Assembly (NCBI RefSeq): GCF_001194135.2
Contig: NC_068997.1
Coordinates: forward strand, 45,958,498 to 46,022,497
DNA length: 64,000 nt
Source of the DNA: Octopus bimaculoides
Lineage: Eukaryota
Direction: 5' to 3'
Both the position numbers and the translations under genes were made by a program. Under the pieces are notes generated by a model. The model made no database searches. It saw only the letters and a list, made by a program, of their open reading frames with translations, and was not told where the DNA came from. This document shows positions 27,075 to 39,900 of the stretch, one piece after another. Within the stretch, counting starts at the first letter, position 1. Each line of letters starts with the position of its first letter.

Positions 27075-27360
27075 TTAAACCACAGCCTCCAGACAACTTC
27101 GGAATCTCCTGCAACTCTTCTGGACAGTCTCCTTGTTTAAGTTGGTGAATGCTGCCATAATCCTTTCCTTCAGTTCATCTTTGGTGTTACAAGGAGTTTT
27201 GTTGGTCTCTAGCTCAACTGTGCCCCACACATAATAACCAAGGGTGTTGCAGTCTGGGGAATTAGGTGGCCAGATATTAAGGGTCATGTGGTCACAGAAA
27301 TTGTCTGACAACCATGACTGGGTTCTCCTGCTAGTGTGGCATGGTGTAGAGTTCTGTTGC
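27075..27360 (-). mobile_element. Tc1/mariner (DD37D/maT-like) transposase C-terminal fragment
   Basis: WQQNSTPCH...WPPNSPDCNTLGYYVWG...CRRFRSCLEAVV. Confidence 0.88.
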
Positions 27361-27364
27361 CAGA

Positions 27365-28110
27365 CATTGGAAGTTGCTGCTGTGTAATTTAGATCTGTCA
27401 CAGCTGTACAATGTCAGAAGTGTAATAGAAGCAATAATTAAGAAGCTTCAGCCACATGTTGCATCAGAGGAGAAGTATGTCAGTGTACCAAAACTTTGTT
27501 ACAAATTGGAAAGGGAAGATTTCCTTCCAACAATAACGGTACTATTGATCCAGCTCCAAGAAGCATTGTGATTAAGACAGCAGAGAAATTAATATCAAAT
27601 GTGTTTCCGTGACTTACAATATCAATATTTAACACACAAGTAGCTGTGCGAAAGAGATATACTTGTGCCCAGAGCACTAAAATATTACAGTCAACAGCAA
27701 CAACTAGCAGCTGTTGCAGGCACTTCCAGGAATCAGCCATACCTGCAAATCAATAGATACAGTTGTGGACCAGGATGAAGTAATTCACTATCCTGCAGGA
27801 TTTTAAACAATTCTTGGAAGTTGCTGCTATGTAATTTAGATCGGTCACAGCTGTACAATGTCAGAAGTGTAATAGAAGCAATAATTAAGAACCTTCAGCC
27901 ACATGTTGCACCAGAGGAGAAGATGTATTTGTATTGTTCAGCATTCCATTCCTACAACCAGATGTGCTCTTTTGATTTAGAAAACTTTGGTTGTCAGTAC
28001 ATCTCAGCTTTACTGTGTCACTTAATGAATCCCAACAACAAACATTTACCAATTGTTGGGCTTCAGGAATCCTGTTTTAATCATGACTAATTTTACGTGG
28101 CACATTCAAG
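27365..28110 (+). mobile_element. Helitron PIF1-type helicase relic
   Basis: LLQIGKG...LISNVFP; LCERDILVP; SIDTVVDQDEVIHYP; LLCNLD..LYN; IVGLQESCFNHD*FYVAHSR; many stops and frameshifts. Confidence 0.72.
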
Positions 28111-29611
28111 ATTTTAAAATAGCCTGTAATTTCATTAGGTCCTTGCTTGTAACATCAAAAACAGTTTGCATCCTTAGATATTTACTTAGGTGTTCAGAAT
28201 TCCCAAGGCTTTATCAGATACATTTCTAAGCTGGGGCTCATTGCAACTCTTAATATCATTTCTTTATCATTGCATGCATTGTAGTTCCAATATTTGGATA
28301 AGCATAGGGTATCTTGTATTATTCCTAATCAATTTTGAAAGAATGCCTTCATAACTTTCATATCCAGATCAAACATGTGTGTGTGTGGTTATATGGTTTC
28401 AAACTTTATACTTCTCAGATTCTGCTATCATGGATCTTACTATACACTATTGTTCATATATATATATATATAGTTTTAGGGAAAAGAACCAAGGTTCATG
28501 AACTCATTGATGAAAATCCACTGTCACATATAGAAAAATTAATAATTAAAAGCACAATAAATGAGTATAATATAATAAAGCTTAATTTTAATTTTTTATA
28601 AATTGATTTTAATTGAGTTTTTACCTGTAATTTTGGATTTTGTCCCTAATATTATANNNNNNNNNNNNNNNNNNNNNNNNNNNNNNNNNNNNNNNNNNNN
28701 NNNNNNNNNNNNNNNNNNNNNNNNNNNNNNNNNNNNNNNNNNNNNNNNNNNNNNNNNNNNNNNNNNNNNNNNNNNNNNNNNNNNNNNNNNNNNNNNNNNN
28801 NNNNNNNNNNNNNNATATATATATATATATACACATATATATTGGGTTATCAGAGGAGAACGTTCTAGATGCAATCTCATGATCATCCATAATCGAAGGG
28901 GTTCTTTACCCTTTACCCTACATATATATATATAGGGAAGCTTTGTATCTTGTCATCAGCAAGATATCTGCTCATGTCATTCTATCATACTTTCATATCC
29001 CTTAGTGCTATACCCTACTCAGTTGAGACGGGAGGGATCTTGTCTTACAGGTACTTGGTGACCTCACCAGTGCTGGTGTCATTTAGAATGCACCTAGTAC
29101 ACTCTGTGTACACTTTACTCAATTGGTTTATTGACCAATTGAGGAAATGTTGTGGGCCGAGGCTAGTTGATTACATTGCCCCCAATGTTTCACTAGTTCT
29201 GAATTTATCGACTCTGAAAGGATGAAAGGCAAAGTCAACCCTGGTAGAATTTGAACTTTGAACATGAAGATAGACAAAATGCTGCTAAGCATTTTGTCTG
29301 GCATGCTAACGATTCTGTCAGCTCACCACCTTACACACACACACACACACACAGACACACACACACACACACACAGAGTAATAATGATAATCCTTTCTAC
29401 TAAGGGCACAAGGCCTGAAATTTGGGGGAGGGGACTACTTGATTATATCAACCCCAGGGTTCCACTGGTACTTAATTTATTGACCCCGAAAGGATGAAAG
29501 GCAAAGTTGACCTTGGAGGAATTTTAACTCATAACATGGCAACAGGTGAAATACCGCTAAGCATTTCGTCCAGCATGCTAATAGTTCTGCCAGCTTACCG
29601 CCTTACACAAC

Positions 29612-29667
<56 letters not shown>

Positions 29668-29669
<2 letters not shown>

Positions 29670-30070
29670 CTGAGCAAGTATAAAGATCTTGAAATAGAAA
29701 TTGGCAAAATGTGGAACCTGAAGACTAAAAACAATACCTGTTGTCATAGGTGCCCTAGGAACGATAGCAAAAGGGGCTGATTGCTACCTAGCTCAGATAC
29801 CAGGAAACCCCAAAATGGCAGAAATTCAAAAGATAGTGCTCATGGGAACTGCCCATATCCTACGCAAAATACTTTCTATGTAATCTCAAGTTTTAAAACA
29901 AACATAATTTTCTTGTTTTCTTAAACATTCTCTAGAACAATACTTTGTGCAAAACCAAATACATGGCACCCTAGACATAACACCATGAACTTCTTACTTG
30001 TTGTCTCTTGGGGTCTCTGGGTGAGACTTGGAGCCAACTTGTACAAATGCAAAGTAAGAGCCAAACATGA

Positions 30071-30073
<3 letters not shown>
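29668..30073 (+). mobile_element. 5'-truncated R4/Dong LINE 3' end inserted in (TAA)n
   Basis: KLSKYKDLEIEIGKMWNLKT..IPVVIGALG...LMGTAHILRKILSM* plus 3'UTR; (TAA)n on both sides. Confidence 0.85.
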
Positions 30074-30103
<30 letters not shown>

Positions 30104-30557
30104 CCAACATACATAATTCAAACAGGCATAGTATTTTTCTTTTTAGTAGTAGTAGCAACAGTACATGATTTTTATTATAATAATTTCTGTTATATATAAT
30201 TATATGACAATAAAAGCATTTATACATATAATTTATAGAAATATTTTAATCGAAAAATCTTTAAAGTTAGTTAATTTATTTAATTAACTGTAATAGGGTT
30301 GCTACTTCGATATCAAAATTTCCTAAAATAAAAGTAAAGTGAAAATAAACCCTTGATTAGATGACAACTAATTCATTTGGTGATTTGACAAGCATGGCAG
30401 CCACAGTACCACCAAGCGATTGCAATATTCATATTCAAAATAAGCGTTCCAATGTTTATACTTCACGTCTGTTTTTAATAATGTATAGCAATTAATATCG
30501 GTTGTATTATGTCCTCGTAAAAACTCCTTCTTTGCCTGTTTTTTTAGAGTGTGTGTG

Positions 30558-30593
<36 letters not shown>

Positions 30594-30736
30594 ATGTGAA
30601 ATTGTGTGTTGAATTCTGAGTATTATGAAGCATATGGAAATATGTGTTGATTTATGCACCTGTGTGTGTGTGTGTCTGTGTGTGTGTGTGTGTACCAGGC
30701 AACCCGTTGACAAATCACACAAGAGTGCTGAACTAG

Positions 30737-30953
30737 TTATTGATAACCCTGTAAACGCAGCACTGTAGGGTAGCGTTCTCGCACTGGAAGGCATTTCTGC
30801 CTGTCGATAAAAATGGAATTTATCTTGTTTGAGATTTCTTTCTCTAAACACATCCTTGTGTCTTGCAGGTTCTTGAGAGAATTCTGAGCTTCCATCAGTT
30901 TTTTTTGCAGGGTTGTTATGGAAGTGTTAATTTCATCAACTTCTTGGATTAAT
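30737..30953 (-). CDS. TEKT4: TEKT4 exon 7 (terminal)
   Basis: LIQEVDEINTSI...NSIFIDRQKCLPVRERYPTVLRLQGYQ*; tag acceptor; TAA at 30737-30739. Confidence 0.93.
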
Positions 30954-33900
30954 CTAGATATTAAAAAAAAAAGAGAGAAAAAATTAGAAAAATTCTGAAT
31001 TTATACTATCATCATCATCATTACCATAATTATTGTTATGACTTCGGCAGTTTGAGTACCTCATCGCCAATAATGTTATGACAACGTTGGGGTGTGCACA
31101 AGGGTGTAGGAATAGTATTATCCAAATAAATATTTGGACATGGTTATCTAGGATATTCTTTTCACAGAATTAATATGTTCACATAGAATGTGCTCCATAC
31201 TGCGCCAAAAATAGGTGCAATATTAAACTAGCACAGTAATCCAATACGAACAACTAATGCTGTCACCTGCTGACTGTGAACTCCAATAGTTCTTTATTTT
31301 ATTGAAATGCCTCAGTCCACTTTTAGTGACGTGGGGGTGGTCAGGATCCTTTCACAGCAATCATTATCATCATCATTTAACACTCACTTTTCCATACTTG
31401 CAGATGAACAGTCAGATAGAATTTGTTGAAGCAGATTTTCTACAGCTGGATGCTCTTCCTGTTGCTGACCCCCCCCCCCCCACACTTATTTCCAAGAAGT
31501 GCAATATTTTCTCATGACCAGACCTGTTTTTCAAGGTGTACTAAAAACAGACAACCTCCCTTCTTTGATTATGTTCATTTACAACGACCATGTGATGTCT
31601 AGACACAAACATGCACAAACATATACACACACACATATATTTATATATTGTATTTTTTTGTGTGTGTGTGCTTGTGCATTTATGTATGTACTTATGTGTA
31701 TATATATTTGTATATATGCAGGCATGGCTGTGTGATAAGAAGTTTGCTTCTCAATCACATGGTCTACAGCATGGCACCTTGGGTAAGTGTCTTCTACTAT
31801 AGAGGGAAACTGAAAGAAGCTCATATTTGAGAAACATCATATATCTTGGTACGGAAGTAAGTTAACTTTTAACAAACATACCCAATTTGGATGCCGTCTC
31901 TACACAGCTCAACTCCAGGACGGCGGGACCTTGCATCAAGGCGGGTTTGAACAACTTTTAGAGGATCTTCCTTGTCCCTGATAGCCTTCTGCAGATTTTC
32001 TATATTTTTCTCTTCATCAGCAATTTCTTGGCATACCTGGACAAAAAAAAAAAAAATCAACACCATTTTTCGGATCTATTTTAAAACGGGGGCCACAGTA
32101 TTTTCTTAACGAAACACTTTGAAACTTGGAACACTGGTAGAATGTGTCATATAAAACATCTTTTTCTCTTAGTCTTCTTAAAAAAAAAAAGAAATCCCTA
32201 AGTTATTCCATGTTAAAGCTGTCGTATTTCTGTAATTTCAACCAATCACTGACGTCCATTCAGCCAATATACATTAAGTGCCGACTACATAAACAAACGA
32301 TTCTGAAACAATTCTATCGGTGATAAAATTATTATNNNNNNNNNNAAATTTAAAAAGAAAAAAGCAAATAAAACGAAGAAAAAAATAAGAAAATGAAAAA
32401 AGCAAATTTAAAATGAAAAAAGCAAATAAAACGAAGCTATGGAGATTAAATACGCTTTACACCACTTAATCATCCAAAGGAGTAAATATAAACAACTGAA
32501 TACTTGTCAGTGATTGGTTGAAATTATCGAAATAAGACAATTTTTTACATGAAATAAATTCAAATACAAAAATATTTTTCTGTTCTATAACACAAAATAG
32601 ATAAGTATACGAAGTTTGAAAGTCTTTCGGTACCAAAAACACTACGTAAAACATTAATGAAAACTGTGGCCCCTGTTTTAAAATAGATCCCATTTTTCTA
32701 GTTTAGTTTGATGGCTGTTAACAATTTAAGAAGATTGCATGTGTAAACAATGATTACACAAACACTTGAGTTTCCAAATATTTTATTAACCTGCATCATT
32801 ATAATACAGTTCTATATTTAAGAGATGAAGAATTATGTACATTATTTACATTTGACGGATATTTGTCCTCCTCCTCATCATCATCGTTTAACGTCCGCTT
32901 TCCATGCTGGCATGGGTTGGACGGTTTGATTGGGGACTGGTGAGCCAGATGGCTGCACCAGGCTCCAATCTGATCTGGCAGAGTTTCTACAGCTGGATGC
33001 TCTTCCTAATGCCAACCACTCCGAGAGTGTAGTAGGTGCTTTTTTATGTGCCACTGGCATGAGGGCCAGTCAGAAGGTACTGGCAATGGCCATGCTCATG
33101 GGGAAGGTTTTCACTTTTTTTAGAGTCCCTGGTTAACAAAATAAAATGAAAATATATTCCTTTGCTATCAAATATATCCTGGTAAATCCAACTTCTGGAG
33201 TTTTATTGCAGACGTCTGCTCATGCTAAAAATAGTAACAAACCAAAAAGCAAAAATATAAAACCTTATAGAAGATAAAATAATTCAGGTGTTATACCTTT
33301 GGAAATAAGAGCCACTTAATGGACTTTCCACAGAGAGGTAAAATGAATAAATACCTTCTTCAAATGGCTTTCATGTCTAAATTTGGCATCATCAAGTTCT
33401 TGCAGACGTTTCTGGAAAGCAGACTGTACGATATTATTCTGCTCAAACAGGTCTCTGGAGGTATCCTCCAAGATGTTCTTTGCACATTCTCTCAACTGAA
33501 TAGATGACTTTCGCTCATTTTCAGCCAGAATTATGTTGTCATGGGTGAACTGTGCCCAAGATTCAGGAGTTGATTGTCTTCAATGAAATAAAAATGTATG
33601 TATTGATATGTATACATACATATATACAAAATTACGTAGTATATATATATATATATATTGGATCATCCCATAAATAATGCAGTTTTGTCAATGCATGAAC
33701 TAAAAGTTGGAGGGGGACAGAATAATCTACTTGTATCAATGTGCTACAAAGGCAAGTAGTAATTTCACCTTGTGCTTATTCTTAGTGCAAATTTTGAAAA
33801 GTGCAGTCCGATTTTAACAGTTATTTTTTCAAAGCTATAATGGAAGTGACAAAGGAGCATATTCAGCATAAACCTAACTTGAGACAGAATGATATGATTT

Positions 33901-36900
33901 GAAAAAGAATTATCTAATATGTCTTGCTAACACAGAGAGGCCTTGAATTGTTTGTTAATACATACATATAGACCAACAAACAGCAGGATTGTTATTTATG
34001 AGGGAGATTTGGCTGCTATTGCTAAGATTTTGAGATACTACAGAAATGTGCATTCTTTGACTGAAATAGTAACGTATGATATAAGGAAGAATTGGCTGTT
34101 ATTTTTATCAAGGGCAGCAGCAATATACTTGGCTCTTTCATTTGCTTACGTTTGTATATATGCATAAGCTAGTAAGCTAAGATGCAAAAGGGATTTGGAT
34201 GCTGAAGCTATCAGGATGCAATATCATGTAGTGGATCCAATAATATTGAGTACACTATGTGTAACTACCTTACATTTAAACTGGCATTCGATTGGTTACA
34301 ACGTTGAGGGTTCTAGCTGAATCAATCAACAGAGCAACCTGCTTGTGAAATTAACATGAAAGTGGCTGGGCACTCCACAGACACGTGCTCCCTTAGTGTA
34401 CAGGGTGTCCACAAAGTCTGGCTACATGGAGTAAATAAAATCATAACATAAACAATTAACTATAAGAAATAATAATTTCATAATGTATGTGTTAATCCCC
34501 ATGTACCCAGACTTTGTGGACACCCTGTAGTTCTCAGGGAGATTTAGCATGACACAGAATATGACAAGGCTGGTACTTAGAATTACAGGTACTACTCACT
34601 TTTGCCAGCTGAGTGGACTGGAGCAACTTGAAATAAAGTGTCTTGCCCAAGGACACAATGCACCTAAACAAGTCACACCCCTTCACAACTACCTTATTAT
34701 ATATATATATATATATCAGATAATCAATATTTACATCAACGTGAAAGCAAATACTTACATTTCCTGGAAATTAGCTGCACCAGGAAAGAACTGCTTGTTG
34801 GTGTGGTGGTTCCTCAGTATTGCACATCGACTGTCAATCTGTAGCGCCTCCTTTTTATCACTCCAATCCATCTCCATCTTTTGCTTTGTAAGACGGTTAT
34901 TCCTGGTAATGATGTCATCAATGATGTCATTAATTAAAAAACATTTACAGAGGACATGTGAAACTGTGAAGTATATTTATATATAAAAGATATATAAATA
35001 TATATATAAGCATGTATGTATGTATATGTACATATACATATAGATATATATATAATACACATACACATCTGTGTGTGTGTGTGTGTGTGTGTGCATGCAT
35101 GCGTACACATACACACATATAAAAGAGATATGAAATTTTAAATTTTACAATTTTAAATTTTTTAAATTCAAAAATTAAAAAAAAATAAATGAAAAATTAA
35201 AATTAAGAATAGAAATATAACTTTTTGAAAAATATATATATATATAAAGAATAAAAAGTTTTGAATGGTACAACAATGCACTATAATACAAAAAATGGAC
35301 TATATACCTGTTGTAATTTAGTTATCTATATTATATCTTTAAAAAAAAGACAAGCTAACAGGATACATGCATGTATATTGAAACACAGATGCACACATTT
35401 CTACACACACATATCACAGCACTCACACAAACATACAGAGGCACACACACACATTTAAGTGCACACATACAATTTCATATAGGTGCAAACACAGATATAA
35501 ATGCAATACATATGCTTACAAACACATGCAGATACAGACTCACACACACTTATAAGAGGACATCCAAATGCATACAAATGCACACTCTCACACATACACA
35601 CACTCTTTCACACATTCATGCATTGTATGTAAATAGGTACTTACTCGAGTTGTTCCTCAGTTTTTGCAATTGTCTTCTTCAGAAGTTCCTGTACATTGTT
35701 AATTAACTTGACTTCCTGCAACCATTGAAGACAAAACTTTTAATAAGTCACACAAAATAACTTACTTTGAAATACCCACCAAGCCACACATCATCCCCTA
35801 ATCCAAGGATCATCTTTCGAATTCAGAAATGGTTAACCCTTTAGCATTCAGATTAATTTGTCAAATATAATGCTTATTTATCCATATTTTTAAAAATAAG
35901 TCATGCCTTATCAATTATGGGATTTACTCTCTTTTACTTGTTTCAGGCCATGCTTGAGCACCACCGTTAGTTGAGCAAATTGACCCGACGACTTATTCTT
36001 TGTAAGCCTAGTATTTATTCTATCAGTCTCTTTTGCCGAACCACTAAGTTACGAGGACATAAACACACCAGCATCGGTTGTCAAGTGATGCTGGGGGGGG
36101 GGGACACACAAACATATACACACACATACATATATATATATATACATACATATATACGATGGGCTTCAACCAGCCAACCATCCATACATACATACATACA
36201 CACACTCGCACACATATATGCATAAACACACACACACACAAAGGTGTGTGCAGGCGTGACTGTGTAAGATGTTTCCTTTCCGACAACATGGTTTCAGGTT
36301 CAGTTCCACGTGTGGCACATTGGGTGTCTTTTACTATAGCCCCAAGCCAATCAAAGCCTTGAGAGTGAACTGGGTAGATGGACACTGAAAAGAAGCCTGC
36401 TATATGTACGTGTGTGTTTATCCCTACCACTGCTTGACAACCAGAGTTGGTTTCCTTACATCCCGTAACCAAGCAGTTCAGCAAAAAAAAAAACAAAAAA
36501 AAAAACGATAGAATAAGTACCAGGTTCGATTTGTTCAACTAAACCTTACGAGTTGTTGCCCGAGATGGCCGCAGTCAAATTACTGAAACATATAAAAGAT
36601 ATAAGGCTGATACTTTCATTTTATTGACCGCAGAAGCAATAAAGTTGATATTTTAATTTAAACTGTAAAGCTCAGTAACTAAGTGCCGCAAATCATTTTG
36701 TCCGATGCTCTGACGATTCTGCAACCCACTGTCCTAGCGAGAAGCAAATTGTAAGTTATCGTTCCCTCGTATCATAAGGTTGTTATGTAATAAATAATCA
36801 TATCAGGGGAAGTAACTCTTGTAACTCCAGAGGTGGAACTCTTGTTACGTCGCTTTAGCTGGGCAAAACGGGATAGAAACAATACACACACACATATATG

Positions 36901-39900
36901 CACTCGCACACCTGGACATTATACCCTAGAAGGACGAAAAGCAAAATCAACCTCAATGATGGTATTTGTACTTTGAACACAACTAAATACCATAAGGCAT
37001 TTTGTCTGGCATAATAGAGTTATCACCCCTGCTTGTTGTAAAAAAAAAAAAATTAAAATTAAAACTCTTCAGGGACAATGTTTGTCTAGTAACAGCACGA
37101 ACGATCTCAGTTAATTTCAAATGAGAACGGATTTGTACAAATCTGGTTATAAGTCAAGGCCAGCTGTGAATGTAACTTCACTCCATTTCGAACTTTTCAT
37201 CAAGTATTTTTACAATCAGTGAGTGGTATATACGTTTATGTATTGGTTGAAATTGTCTGTTGAAAGACTGTTATATTTGGGGATGATCACATTTTGTCAA
37301 TTAAACGCGCGCACCATAGTTGTGGTTCTCACTTCAGCTTTATTATTATTATTGTAGTTTTTGGCACTAAATCAAGTGACAAGACAAGTTATGAAAATAC
37401 ATAAATCGAAGCATTATTTTTCATAAGTCATTTTCTCTTTGATTCCCCAAGCCTCTGTACATATAGTAAACCATATGCGGTGTGTGTGTGTTTCTTTAAA
37501 GAAATATTTCAAGTGGTTTTAATTTCGTTATGGATTAAATAATAATAGTTAATTCATTTTCATTATAATTAAGGTAAAAGCACGACTTAACTGCATTACT
37601 TTAATATATATATGCTACACATAACACTGTAACCTCCATTGTGATATAAAAGTATTTGAGTGACTGTAACTTAATACACCAATGCACATTCTACCAAAAA
37701 AAAAAAATAATAATAACCAAGTAAGCAAATAACAAAATCGTCTAAGTTACCTGAAGCAAAGCTTTTTCAACAATGTCCTCAACAAGATCGATTCCTTGTC
37801 GACGCAGCCTGCAGTTCAGGTTATCTGTTGCAATGTGCAGCGGTATCTCAGTAGAACGCAGCGCATTCTCCAGTTGTCTCTTCATTGCCACTTGCAGATC
37901 TATCTCATCTTGCATGTCTTGGATTGCTCGTTCAAGTTCAAACTTCCAGAAACTGATGTCTTGTATTCTCTCTCCTAGCTTCTTGGTCAGGTCATCCTGG
38001 GTTTTCTTGGTGATGGCTTCTGTGGTATTCATCGTATTCGAGGAGTCGTTGCGTATCACTTCAGAGTTATGTCTGATTTAAGGAATGATAAAAAAAAAAT
38101 TTTTAAACTAGGAAAGAAATCGATAGCTATTGCATATTCTTCAGCGAGTACTTAGTCTTGGAGAAGTAATTTTAGTAGGTTTCTTTAACAAAAAAAAAAA
38201 AAAAAAAAAAAAATCATAGAATGTGATAACTCTGATACCAAAATGTATTCGCATACATATTACAAAGGCATGACCATGTCATTAAGATGGCTGCTCTGAA
38301 TTCACGTGGTTTGGGATTTGCTCCTATTGGGCAGCACTTAGAGTAGGGTCTTCTATCTTAGACTATGGTTGTTCATTGCCATATAAGTGAAACTTTGGAG
38401 AAGTATGGAATTGAAGTGTAGCCAGGTTCTAAAGTTAGTGGGAGCGGGCGAGCATATAAAAAAGGTGCCATAACACATCAAACAATTTTAAAATCATTTC
38501 TCAATTGTTGAAAAGACACCATTTAAAAAAAATATGCTCGAGAGTAACGGTGGTTTATCTTGCTCCCCTATTAGCTACGCCGGTCGTGTGGAAGCCCGAA
38601 TGAGGGACTATTTCTATTCTTGGATGGTAGACTTAATCTGCCATGCAGTTTAACACCGCCACCTGGGCTGCTGCACCAGCAGAGTTTACTTTATTGTCCT
38701 TTTCTGGGAAAGTCATTGGAAAAGTAAATAAATGACTGAAACACGTGCAACGGATATATGCACCAAATAAATGACAGGGAAAAAAAATAACAGTTGAAAT
38801 AATCTTTATTTTAGCATTACAATATAATAAATAACTGATGTGGTGAGCTGGCAGAACAACCATTAGCACGCCGGCCAAAATGCTTGGCGGCATTTCGTCT
38901 GTCTTCACGTTCTAAGTTCAGTTTCCGCCAAGGTCGATTTTGTCTTTCATCTTTTTAGGGTAGATAAAATAAGTACCAGCTGAACGCTGGGGGGGTCGAT
39001 GAAATAGACTTAGCTCCTTCCTCGAAATTGGTTGCCTTGTGCCAAAATTTGAAACCAATATATGAATGAACTTCTTCGAGTTGTTGTTGTATAAAGATTA
39101 GTTGAAGTTCTGTTGTCCATTTTATACGTAGTTGCGTCCATCGTTTGTTGACTGCGAGAAGACGGGTAGAAGGAGGAGAGAAAATATAAGAGAATTCACC
39201 TCTCTGGGTTCACGAAGTAGAGAGAGCGAAAGTTGTATAGTCCATCGCAGTGACATACAAGAGGTGCTTCTTTCGTCGGACGCCAAGCAAAAGAGGGACG
39301 CTCTTCGGCAAGGCACTTAATGGAAGGGAGAGAATTGAATTTGGGTTCTGTATTTATATTTTCCTACTTAACCTAGGTCAGGCTAAACAAAAAATTCTTC
39401 GTCTGTTATCTACTCTGAACTGTATTTAACCTAAGGATATTCAGGAAACAATAAGACTTACATAAATATCACAGTTGACTCTCATAAAATTCTTAATTGC
39501 AAATCTCGAGAATAAATGGATGGGACCCAAAGAAAAATCTAGACGAGGTTTTGAATTTTGGCTAAGGAATTCAGGAAGCGATTCGCTCCACAAGTAAAAC
39601 AATACAATGGATACAAACGTCCAAATTATTTTTTAAAATTCCTATCTGTTCTAGCAAAAAAAAAAAAAAAAAATTTTAGTGTAAAACACTGAGGAAAAGC
39701 AAATTAGCTTTGATAATTAATATTTGATCATTAATACTATATCCATTTCAACGAGGTATCCTTTGTATCAATCACGGGTAAACTGCAGCCCTTGTGACTT
39801 TATGGATGGCACTCCTACCGAAAAATTACCTTGACTCTTTTTGCAATGCGGGCAGCCTGATGATGAGTCGTGTCTCATGCGGTCTGCTTCTCATAAAAGG

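Noticed and set aside
39122-39320. GC-richer island with short ORFs in TEKT4 intron 1
   Set aside because: No recognisable motif or usable splice pair; unassigned
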